Origin: Takakia lepidozioides
Lineage: Eukaryota; Plantae; Bryophyta
DNA length: 64,000 nucleotides
Reading direction: 5' to 3'
NCBI GenBank assembly: GCA_030704615.1
Contig: CM060732.1
Coordinates: 64,170,001 to 64,234,000, forward strand
In this document: positions 1 to 9,859 of the stretch, in pieces
Numbering within the stretch: position 1 is the first letter of the stretch
Layout of the letters: every line of letters starts with the position of its first letter
Notes under the pieces: model-generated
What the model saw: the letters and a program-made list of their open reading frames with translations, nothing else
The model's database searches: none
Told to the model about the DNA's origin: nothing
Program-made: the position numbers and the translations under genes

Positions 1-109
1 GTCTCTGTCCTCCGGTGACAATGGGTCCAATGTCAGGCTCCCAATTGTCCTCCGTAACTGCAACCTTAAGTCTAGTGGGCTTAGAGGTAGAGGATGCGTC
101 CCGTGGTTG

Positions 110-1486
110 CTATGCCGCAACCTCTTGAGCAGTACTCCCTGCCTGCTCAGTCAATGACAAAGCCTCATCCTGCCCCATCATCTCATTCTTGAGGACCTCA
201 TCAACCCGAGAAGAATCCCCAACCTCATCCATCACAGCTGCCTTGGTTGCCAACTCCCTCTGAACCTCGAGCACCTCCCACGTGTGCCATGGATGTCTAC
301 ACCCCGTGGTCCTCGCCGGCTTGCCCCCACTAGCTGCCTGTACCGTCTTGGTAGACAGAGAGACCGTCAAGGGAAGTGCACTCCGCACTCTACGTTGCTC
401 AGCCATAGCGAAGCTGATAATCCAGGTCAAGCAATTGAGATCCATTGCTTGCCCCAACACCTGACGACGTGATGCCTCAGAAAGAGAAGGCACCGTCGTG
501 GTCCCAGTGGAAAACCCCATAGCCCGCTCTCGCTCGTCGGCATTAGGCTCCACTAACTGCTGCAACTGATCATCCCACAGGAGGCCAGGTCCACCATCCC
601 GAAAAGCATGGGATCCTGGGAAGCTGAGCAGTGTAGGTAATGCTGCTCGTGGTTGACCCACCCTGTTGACCACTGCCAAAGGCGAACGGTCATCGTGTCT
701 CACACGTTGAGACTGCCTCCCTGTGTCCAAAATATTGTCCACTGTGAGATGTGTTGGCCGCTGCACCCCATCAAATGCACGCTTGAGCAGTGCGGGTGGC
801 ATCAAGTTAGTCCACCATAGCCGTGGATGATGAGCCCGTGATCCCACTGCAGCTGCATCCAGCAGCACTGCTGACCCAAGCCACGACCGGACTTGATGCA
901 CACTGGCCATCACCCTGGCCCGAGAATCGCCCATCAGTGGCACATTCTCCAAGATGTATGCTGGAGATACAGCTTGATGAAGCTGCAAGTGGCGCAAAAT
1001 CCGTACCATCTCCCAAAACAGACCCGTCCTCGAGTCTCGCAATCCATTGTCATGCCCGGCTGATGAATGCCCTTGGCAGGGCCAACCTGCCACTACCAGA
1101 TCAATGGAGCCAACCTGCTCCAAATCCTGCGCCCCCAGCAACGAAATGTCTGCTGGCAAGGCTTGTTGGTATCCACGAACTGCAGACACTGACAACAAAT
1201 CAGGGTACTGTTGTACCAATTGAGCAACATGGCGCAGTGAGACGCATTGTGCAGTCTCATCTTTCTCCACATACAGGTAACGCCTTACCCGCACACCTGC
1301 CTATAGCACAGCAGCCAATCCGGTGCTGATCCCGCCAAACAAGTCCAGAAGGCAAATGTCTTCATCCGGATACTGCCACACAATAGGTGTGGTATCCAAT
1401 GGTGACAACTGAGGTGGTCCTAGTGCAATACCCGCACTCTCCTCCTCTCCTGACGGTACAAAAGCCTCTACCCAGGCTTGTTGCAC
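110..1486 (-). pseudogene. C5-cytosine DNA methyltransferase domain (DNMT3/DNMT6-like) embedded in the retrotransposon polyprotein
   Basis: Motifs in canonical order: I LLDLFGGISTG, II YLYVEKD, IV DLVVAGWPCQGHS (catalytic PC), VI YILENV, VIII RAHHPRLWWTN, IX ERERAMGF, X RRQVLGQAMD. There is an in-frame TAG at 1301-1303. Confidence 0.93.
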
Positions 1487-1501
1487 CCGTTGATCAGCAA
1501 C

Positions 1502-2209
1502 CTACTGCAAATCCTTGCTCGTACCCCACAATGGAGTGTGAGCAACCATGGCAGGCAACTCCGCCATACCATGCATGTCATCCTGCTCTGTTGGAGGTGG
1601 CACATCCTCTGCATGGGCATTGCCTTCCAGCAACTCTCCAGGCCAACTAACTGCAGCTGTAAAGGCGGCTAGTGTTGGCATCTTGCCCCGTTGGGCAGCC
1701 GCAATACCCCCAATGAATGTCACAGGGAGCTGTGCACGACAACCATCCCCTGATTGCCATCCAGGCCTGTAGGATGCTGACTCCTCCCAAAAGTCCAGGA
1801 TGAAGCCCATGGGATATAACACTGCCCCACCAATGAGGACATCATAAGAGACCGCGTCTGTCACAATGGCCTTGGCTCGCATCATTGAGCCATCTATAGG
1901 ATGATCCGGCTGCAGTCTAATGGCCAACTGATGTCATGTCATGCCCCGAGCCGGCTTTGATCCTCCCAGAGATGTTTGTATCTGGAAAGGACAAGGCTTC
2001 ATATCCGCCTCCATGAGGCCCAAACCTGCAATAGCAGCTTTGCCCAACATTACTGGCTGAGCTCCCGAGTCCAACAAGACCCGAAGTGGCCGGTACTTCT
2101 TGCCTGCCGGTCCACTCAATGAGAAAATGCCTCCCTGGTTGTCTAACAAGACAACTCCAGGTGTCACCATGGCACGCTCAAAAGCTGGCCTAGCTGGCAG
2201 CTCCGTCAA
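1502..2209 (-). pseudogene. Retropepsin-like aspartic protease of copy A
   Basis: RVLLDSGAQ active site and YDVLIGGAVL C-terminal motif; in-frame TGA at 1934-1936. Confidence 0.88.
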
Positions 2210-2224
2210 CTTGGCAGCTGCAGC

Positions 2225-4312
2225 TTACCATGACGCAGCCGTGGCAGTCTTGACCCTCAAATCCGAGGATCCCCCTGCCACTACACCTTCTACTAACTCC
2301 GCAGAAGATGAAGTGACCTCCCCACTCTCACAGAGTGTTGCTGCTAGTCTGAACACTCCAGCTGGTCTTACTTCCGGCGTCGCAATCATGGTCGCCGAGA
2401 ACAGTGGGGCTTGATACACAGAGGTGGCTGCCCCCAACAACACCCCGGCTGCGCTAGCCTTGGCAGCAGGTGTCAGTGCTGCACGTGTAGCTCTCCCCAA
2501 TGACATAGTAACCTCCGCCTCGGTAACAGTCGGGCGAGAACTAGGTGCCATGGATGGCGTCGACACTGTCTCCGCCAATGTGAATGACTGAGGAAGCCTC
2601 GCCTGACGGCTTGCCTCCCCACGCTGTGGATCCAATTCCACCTCTGCACCTCGTGGCTCAGGAATTCGTGCTGCTCCTCGAGTCACGGCTGCAGCAGACT
2701 CCACCTGCACTAGTGGTAGTGCTGCTCCGCACATGAATCCCATGCCTCCCATATCTCCTCCCTCAGGAGCAGGAGGCGGACCATCCCGCCTGGGAGCCGG
2801 TACCACCTGAGCTGTAGCCATGGCAGCGAGCCTCTGCTCTAGCTGCTGAAGCCGGTTGGCCATGCCTTGGTCAACACCCTGACCTCCGCGTCCTTGGCCA
2901 TGTTGAGCTTGCCCTTGGCCTGCACCTCGTGCTCGACCACCTCGTCCTCTCTGGGCTGGTCCACCTCGCCCCCGGCCACCATTGTTCCCTTGGAACTGGC
3001 CTGGGCGCAACTCAAGATGCAAGTCATAACACTGGGCATCTCCATGCCCATACTTGCCACAATGCCCACACTGCAACTGTGCAGGCTGTGCTTGTGCCGG
3101 CCTTCTGCCACTCTCTGGGCAATCTTTCTTGACATGGGGTCCTCCACATGTCCAACATACCACCCCTGGTTGCTGTTGGCCTGCAAAAGATGCCACGGGC
3201 CTCTGCACCTGAGGTCCCCTGTAAGCTCCATGGAACTTGGGTTGGGAAACCTTGCCCCTCTGACCACGCTGTTGGGTAGTACCTTGTGCCTGTGGGCTGG
3301 CAGCTGCGCCTCGTGCAGGCATGTCCTTGCCAAATCCAATGGTAACAACCCGCTCCTCCACCATGTTGAGCTCAATCTGCTCAGCCAACAGAAACACATC
3401 TGCTAATGTGGGTTGGGCTGCTTGTAACAGGGTTGCATCTTGCACCCTTCTCTTGAGCTCCTTGTCCAGAATTCCATACCAAAACTGTATTGCCAGAGCT
3501 TCAGTAACCCCTTGGGTCACACTTATCAAGCGCCTCATACGAGTGTACGCCTCTCGTAGGCTCTCACTGGGTTTGCGCTGGAAGTCTTGCAAACTTCGCA
3601 GCTTCTCAGTCCGTACACCTTGGTAGTTCCTCCGCAACTCTTGGAAGAACTCCACCACCGGGTTGAATCTAGGCACATGTGTTGTAGTCGTGGCAGGAGG
3701 AGTAGTAGCACCTTTTGAACTGGTACCACCTGCAGAAGTACCGGCACTACTTGTTCCACTACTAGTGCTGGCAGTGGGAGATATTGGTACTGATGCAGCT
3801 ACTGGTCGCGTCGTGCCTCAAGTAATGGAGACATAGTCAGGTGACCAATACATCCTCCACTCCTCAATCTCTGCGTCATGTCCTCGCATGAACTCGTGGT
3901 AATCGTCCATAGGCAGGCCTTCCAAATGCTGGAACAGTCTCTTCCACGCCATGAATGGGGTGAATAGCTGTGGATTGCGCATCTGCTGCAAATCACACCA
4001 GCTGTCGAACTCCTGGATAAAGTCATCCAACTCGATTGTGCCCACAGCTCCAGAGTACCTACGAGGCCCCTTGGTAGCTCCATACATCTCCTCCATGTCG
4101 TCCCACAACAATGGCGAATGAAACTGCACACCTGTTGATGAAGCCTCCGAATCTATGTCTGACTCTACAGTAGTTGAGGGTGGAGGTGAAGGTGGTCTGA
4201 ACCAAATACCTCGTCTTGTGAACCCACTCTCACTGTTACTACCTGTAGCCGTACTCCCCTCAAAACCCTTGGGTAACTCCGTGATGACACTCACAATGTG
4301 CACCTCCCCCAC
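2225..4312 (-). pseudogene. Gag with two CCHC zinc knuckles (copy A)
   Basis: Capsid-like PRRYSG..LDDFIQEFDSW and LQDFQRKPSESLREAYTRM; knuckles CWTCGGPHVKKDC and CGHCGKYGHGDAQC; RGG-rich tract. One in-frame TGA at 3818-3820; 3677-3817 is open. Confidence 0.88.
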
Positions 4313-4829
4313 GTGACACTATAATGCTCTAGTACTAATTCTAATAGTGACACGGGTGGGCAACTGTTGCAGTTTAAGGGTCATATCCCAGTGGCTCAGG
4401 GCACCTGCACCTGCATCCACCGCAAGAACTCATATGGTTGGCTGGTCATCAACCCAGTCTCACCATAGGAGAAACACTAGTGGTCTTGTTGGTCATCACT
4501 CCAGCCTCACCGACAGCATACTCTAGGATTGACCGGTGATCAAATCCGGCCTAATCCCTATGAAAGCAAGCGCCCACACAAAACCAACATGGCGCACAGT
4601 CAAGCATGCAGGTGTTGGGGGGGATCCAAACACAAGAAATCAAAACATCAACACCCCCACACCAAAATCCATCTGCAATGCGGATCCTGCAGAATATCCC
4701 AGCCCAAAACCCCGGACTGATTGGCCTCCACCAAGAGAGGCTTTGGCAACTACAAGTACAAAGTAATGAAAATAGTAAAGAGAGAGAGGGGAAGAATAGA
4801 AGCCCGACCAAGGAAGATCTAATCCTGAT

Positions 4830-5579
4830 CTATGCTATCAACTGCCAGACTTCTCTCAAAGTGCCTCGCTCTGCATGATGGTAAGGTGTAGGAGGTATAT
4901 CTATGTCCAGAAACCTGCCACTAACCTTGTCCCAAGCTACAGTAGCGCGCTCTAACCAACCCTCTTCCTCTTTCTGCCAGGTAGAGACAAAGCAATACTC
5001 CCCTATCTCCCGCTCACTGAACACTAAAGAAAACAAAGGTAGGGTCTGATAGTCTCTCAACTCGAAAGCTTTGAGACGGTTGCGGGTGTCCTCATTGCGA
5101 ATGACTGCATCTCCTTCACGCAGAACAAACTTGTCATTGCTAATGAACCCCCGCTCGTGGTTGCCTTGTGCAGAGCGTGTCCGACTGCAACCATGTCTGA
5201 TTGCACAAACTTGTGTCGCTCCTGCTCCTCTGCTCCAGTACACCACGGCCTTGTGGCTGAACACCTTGGTCCCCGGGGCTGTCTTTGGTTGTGTTCCAAG
5301 CCTAGCTTTCACCCACTTTGGTATTTCACCTACAGCTGCAGAACTGCTGGCTCCAACAGAGTTCTGACTGTCCAAGGCAATATTGAGGTCCTCAACGCCA
5401 ACTACAGCAGTGTGTTGTCCACTGCTAACGCCTGACTCCCAGTATGCAATCAACTCGTCCAACTGTTCTCCACTCAAATCAGTCTGAGTTCCTTGGGAAA
5501 CATAAACCTTGTCCCATTGTGTGCACAGGCTAAGAGACGAGACCTGCCCTTCAATTACGTCCTCATTTCCCCCAGCCAT
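4830..5579 (-). CDS. 249-aa ORF of unknown function upstream of gag; probable accessory ORF of the DNMT retroelement
   Basis: ATG-started, uninterrupted, same strand as gag and ~500 bp upstream of it; no domain recognised. Confidence 0.45.
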   Translation of the reverse strand: MAGGNEDVIEGQVSSLSLCTQWDKVYVSQGTQTDLSGEQLDELIAYWESGVSSGQHTAVVGVEDLNIALDSQNSVGASSSAAVGEIPKWVKARLGTQPKTAPGTKVFSHKAVVYWSRGAGATQVCAIRHGCSRTRSAQGNHERGFISNDKFVLREGDAVIRNEDTRNRLKAFELRDYQTLPLFSLVFSEREIGEYCFVSTWQKEEEGWLERATVAWDKVSGRFLDIDIPPTPYHHAERGTLREVWQLIA

Positions 5580-5806
5580 ACAAGGAGGACATCCACAGAT
5601 TTGTCTCTCATATAGACCAGAACAGGTTCTAGAAACAGAATTGTGGATCTTTCACGGCACACTCACACTCTAAAAATTCCATAGATTTTTAGCAGATTCC
5701 CAAAAACAAAAACCAGGTCTAGACAGGTAGATTTCCCCTTTCTGCAGCTGTCCCCTCAAAAATTGAGTCAAACGGAGCTCATTTGACAAAGATATGACCA
5801 ACCAGG

Positions 5807-5807
<1 letters not shown>

Positions 5808-5838
<31 letters not shown>
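5808..5838. repeat. Poly(T) tract (31 nt)
   Basis: Seen directly. Confidence 0.9.
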
Positions 5839-5842
<4 letters not shown>

Positions 5843-6589
5843 AGACAAAACAAATACAAAGAAAACTCCTTTGTTTTTTATTTTTTTCAATACTTGTCTT
5901 GGTTCCCTGTTCCCTGGTTATCTACGGGTTCCCGAGCAGGTAGTTCTATGCTGTTTTGGGGTCGCCTCGCCATTACCATGGAGCAGCTCGATTTGTTAAA
6001 CTCCAATCGGCTTCTCCTCCATGATGGACCGCGTTGCCGCTTCGTCATCCCTCAGCTGCATTTGTTCAGTTATCCGTCCCATGTACTTATCACTGCTGAC
6101 TCTCAGGTCGTTTCCTGTAAGTTCCAGCTCGCATGGAGGGAGATTGGTGGCAGCCTGCACTTCAACTCGATTGCCAGACCATGTCTTGAGGTCTCTGTTA
6201 CACTCTCCACCCTTTCTTCCACTGATTACTTTGATGCTTGATTTCAATGATTGATCACGCATCCAATCCGTCCGTTGCTCTGTGACCAGTATGGGGCCGA
6301 CTGCTCTTGTTTCCTCCTGAATCGCTCATATATCTCCGAAACCCAAACTTAATCCACTCTCAGCCTTGATCTGTTGATGTGACCTTTTGTGTGCCGTATC
6401 TGTAGGTCATTTGTTCCTCCAAAAATCGTGCAGTTGAGTAATCTGTGTGATCTGCAACTGGTCTGATTTCCACACACTTGGAGCATTGGCCAATTAGAGC
6501 ATGACGAGTTCCTTCAGCCCTTCTTCACGGAAACAAGAACAACGGCAGAGCTTCAGAAGTTGGGCCTTCGGGCCTCAGAAATTCACGAA

Positions 6590-6960
6590 ATGCGCCACTG
6601 CCGTTTAGCAAGACAAAGTTCCCAGAGTCCAAGAGACTGGCCCCAACAACCCCTAGCTGGCTTGTGTTGCTAGACCAAATCACAGCTTGCGAGGAATTCT
6701 GAATCAACACTAGGTCACCATCCGATTTAAGCTCCAACGCACCCGTCGTATCCACCGGATATGTTGCGTTCAGGGTCCACACGATAGTTTGAAGCGAGAG
6801 CTGTGCATACCGGATGCCAAGATTGTAGGCAGTATCTACCGTGCCAGGGGCATAGAACCCTGGTGCCATTAGGAGATGAAATCCAGGGGTTCTGACCAGG
6901 GACAAGGCTTGCACCCAATCGAAATTATGCTTGGGTCTGATTGGTCGCCTGATTACCTGC
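6590..6960 (-). pseudogene. Bulb-type (G-type) mannose-binding lectin domain fragment, S-domain RLK-like N-terminus
   Basis: SLVPGQNPWISSPNG, then a frameshift, then GFY..YNLGIRYAQ..TIVWTLN..LELKSDGDLVL..IWSSNTSQLGVVGASLLDSGNFVL. Truncated, with no downstream kinase. Confidence 0.75.
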
Positions 6961-7460
6961 AAATAGACAGGCTGCCAAAATGAAGACTATCGTCGCTCGC
7001 GAACATAGTGCTGCACAGTAGTTCATCTCATCTCATGTTTAAAGAATACTCCTTCACTACACAGATTTGATCACCTGCGAGCTCATTTCCTCCAGAAACT
7101 CGCACTCTGTTCTCTGGAAAAAGTTGAAGAAGTTCTGGGGGTGATTATTGTCTCAGGGAGCTCTATTCCCGAAAGCTTGACTGAACGAGGGAAAGTGGTC
7201 CGGCGCAAAATCTCAGCGACATCAGCATTCCTCCGAAGTTCGTCTCCTTCATTGTGACCGGAAGTCAAATGCGTACACACAAAGCAAAAGCTGGTTTGAT
7301 GGATAGACAGGCTGACAGAGACAGCCCCTCATGTGCCATTGAGGGCGATTATTGTCGGCTTTGAACTGCTGCAGCGACACTTCGAGTGGTTCCCGCCTTC
7401 CTGTTATGCTCCACTAGGCACACATAGCCAGTCTAACTGCAGGCTCCCGTGACCAAGCTA

Positions 7461-7892
7461 TATTATAATAGTGCTTAAAAACAAAAACGTCACATCTAGC
7501 TTAGCACTAGAAAACTAGATACAGCGCATCTCTCTCGAGTGATAAGAAAGCTAAGAACACACTGTTCACACAAGAAACAACATGAATCCAACAGCATCAC
7601 TCTTTAAGATAATAGTCGAGCCAGGGGCACCCCAAGCTATGGGGACTCCACCCCACAACAACCTATACCCCTACATAAGCACACTCAGATCTGAAGCGAT
7701 GAAGGAGCTCGGTCGCGCAGGCTCAACTCGAGAGAGATGAGCTGCGCGACTGACGCTCTCGTGAAGATAAGACAGTTCAGGTGTCAAACTAAACTTGACA
7801 CCTGATTTAACACTTGACCTAAATCCAAGTGTTAAATACAAATAACTAGCTTTATTCTAGTTAGTTTCACACTGTGTTTATTTAACTTGACA
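7461..7892. repeat. Possible solo-LTR or other TE fragment containing three consecutive short hairpins
   Basis: Ends ...TTGACA exactly where hAT coding sequence begins; inverted repeats at 7777-7805, 7805-7837 and 7843-7863. No TSD seen. Confidence 0.3.
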
Positions 7893-9033
7893 ACACATTG
7901 TCATCCGAGAGTTGGCTTTGTTCCGACGTTTTGCAGTTGATGTACAGAATTGCAGTAACCCTCTGACTTGGTGGAGGTCTCATGAACTAAAGTTTCCAAC
8001 TATTGGTCATCTGGCTCGGCAGATATTGGGAATTGCTGGCAGCCAAATTGAGACAAAATGAATATTTTCTATTGCTGGAATCCTCACTGCTTTACGTCGT
8101 TGTCGTTTGCAAACAAGCAATCTTGACAAGATGATCTTTGTTGCAAAAAATTGGCCTAATGATCCGAGAGAGGGTTGCAAGAGTTTCAAAGTATTGGCTG
8201 ATATGAAGGAGCTTGAGGATGAATTGGAAGAGCAGCTTGACGAGGAATTTGATGATGAAGTTGAACCAGAGGAATTTCCCGAGGGCGATGAGACTTTCTA
8301 GTGTTGTGCTTCTAGTTTACAATGTTGTTTAGCAATCTATCCATTTATATTAAAATTATATGTGCTGATTGGGTTTTTTTGGCTGCTTTGTCTTGACAAA
8401 AATCTGAAGCAACAAGAAGGGCTCTACAATGAAAATCCTTGCCATGGGATTATGGTAGCTGCCTAGAGTGTGTAGGATATACAAAAATCAGTGTATGTGA
8501 AGAAGGTATTGATGGATGCCGTAATATTTCTTCAAATCATTGAATAACTTACCCTACATAATGAAAAAATCTATATGAAACCAATCTGGTAACTAGGATG
8601 TCCATTATTGATCATCTGGATGATCCAGTTTCAAGGGCTAACCATCTTGCATGGCTGGTCAATCCCTGCTTGGCATTTATTTAAGTTTTTTTTTTTAAAA
8701 AATTCATCATTTCAATATATGTAAATTTTTATTTTATTAATAGTTCATTTACATGACCGCAATATAACCGTTTTAAGGACCGCCGGTTATCTACCGGTTA
8801 TGAAGTATATTGAACTTCCAGAACCGGTTCAAAAAACCACTTGTGCAAAGGTATTTAATAACCGGAATTGAATTTAACCGGGTTTTTTTGAAAACATCAA
8901 AGAACCGCCTCCGGCAGGTTATTTAATTTTTTCTTTTGTCCATTTAACCGCCTCCGGAGGTTCTAAAGAAGGGGCAATTGGCAAAGAACCTACACCGGAG
9001 GAGCTCATGAAACCTGATAACCGCCCAACATTG
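7893..9033 (+). mobile_element. hAT DNA transposon 3' remnant (C-terminal dimerisation domain, subterminal repeats, probable TIR)
   Basis: Frame 7891-8301 reads NPLTWWRSHELKFPTIGHLARQILGIAGSQIETK*IFSIAG..RRCRLQTSNLDKMIFVAKNW. ACCGG/AACCGCC repeats at 8755-9025; terminus ...CCGCCCAACATTG at 9033. Confidence 0.8.
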
Positions 9034-9240
9034 GAAACAACCTCTACATTCCAAATCAAAAACAAAAAAAACCAAGCAAGTCAGGGGCTAAGAGCAGCAA
9101 GTGCTCGGGGTCTCGAGAGGGGGCAAGAAAGAGAAAAGAAAAAGGTTGGGGGGGGGAGTGACTAAGCACCACCACCAAATGCTGAGCACCACGAGCTCAC
9201 TCATTCCCCCTCCACATTTTTATTTTTTTTGGTTTCCTGA

Positions 9241-9308
9241 TCTCTCCCTCTCTTTGTCCCTCTTTGTCCCTCTCTCCCTCTCCCTCTCTCTCTCTCTCCC
9301 TCTCTTTT
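9241..9308. repeat. CT-rich microsatellite
   Basis: (CT)n/(CTCCCT)n seen directly. Confidence 0.8.
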
Positions 9309-9859
9309 TTGCTGCTCACAAAAATAAACAAACCACAAGGGAGAGAGAGTGCAGAAAAAGTTAAAAAGATTGTACTCATAAGACGTTGTTTGTCGTAGTC
9401 TCACTAGAAGCATTCGTGTCTTTTCCGAATCGACTGGGTGTCCGCCAACCACTCTGGGAACCATTTGGCAGTAAGCGGGACTACTGGAGAGTCGAAACGG
9501 ACAATGTGGGCCCACGGGGGCATTTCAGATGGTGGGCAGAAGTGGGGTCAACGACTCCGGAGTCGTAGCAAAAATTCGGGCTATTTAATTAATTGCGTAA
9601 ATACATAAAATTTGAAAAAGCGGAAATTACAAGTGGTCTAATTACTGCACATGCGACTAGAAATTTTTCATTCATAATTTGATTAATGGAATAAAGATAT
9701 TTATTCATTAAAGTGAATATGTAGTCGACTCAACGACTCCATGAACCACTGCGCATTGATTGCACCCATGATTCGGGGCCACATTTGCTGACGTGTGTTT
9801 CACAAAAACAGGTTAAGAAAATGTGGCCTTGGACAATAGATATTTTAATATGTACTGCC

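Larger units (their letters stand above)
1..5600 (-). mobile_element. Ty3/Gypsy-type LTR retrotransposon (copy A) encoding Gag-PR-DNMT-(RT); decayed, runs off the window start
   Basis: ORF-track pieces 3818-4312, 2225-3676, 1934-2209, 1502-1927, 1301-1486 and 110-1294 are all in one frame, separated only by single in-frame stops. The frame continues to base 1 as ...KVAVTEDNWEPDIGPIVTGGQR, which in copy B leads directly into RT. No LTR was recognised, so the 5' limit is approximate. Confidence 0.85.

Noticed and set aside
110-1486. Bacterial restriction-modification methylase or a host DNMT gene
   Set aside because: It is in frame with Gag and protease, intronless, present twice in the same retroelement context, and has no endonuclease or PWWP/chromo/UBA domains.
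9490-9802. MITE with imperfect TIRs (GAAAC..AATGTGGGCCC / GGGGCCACATT..GTTTC)
   Set aside because: TIRs are too degenerate and no TSD was found, so it cannot be supported.
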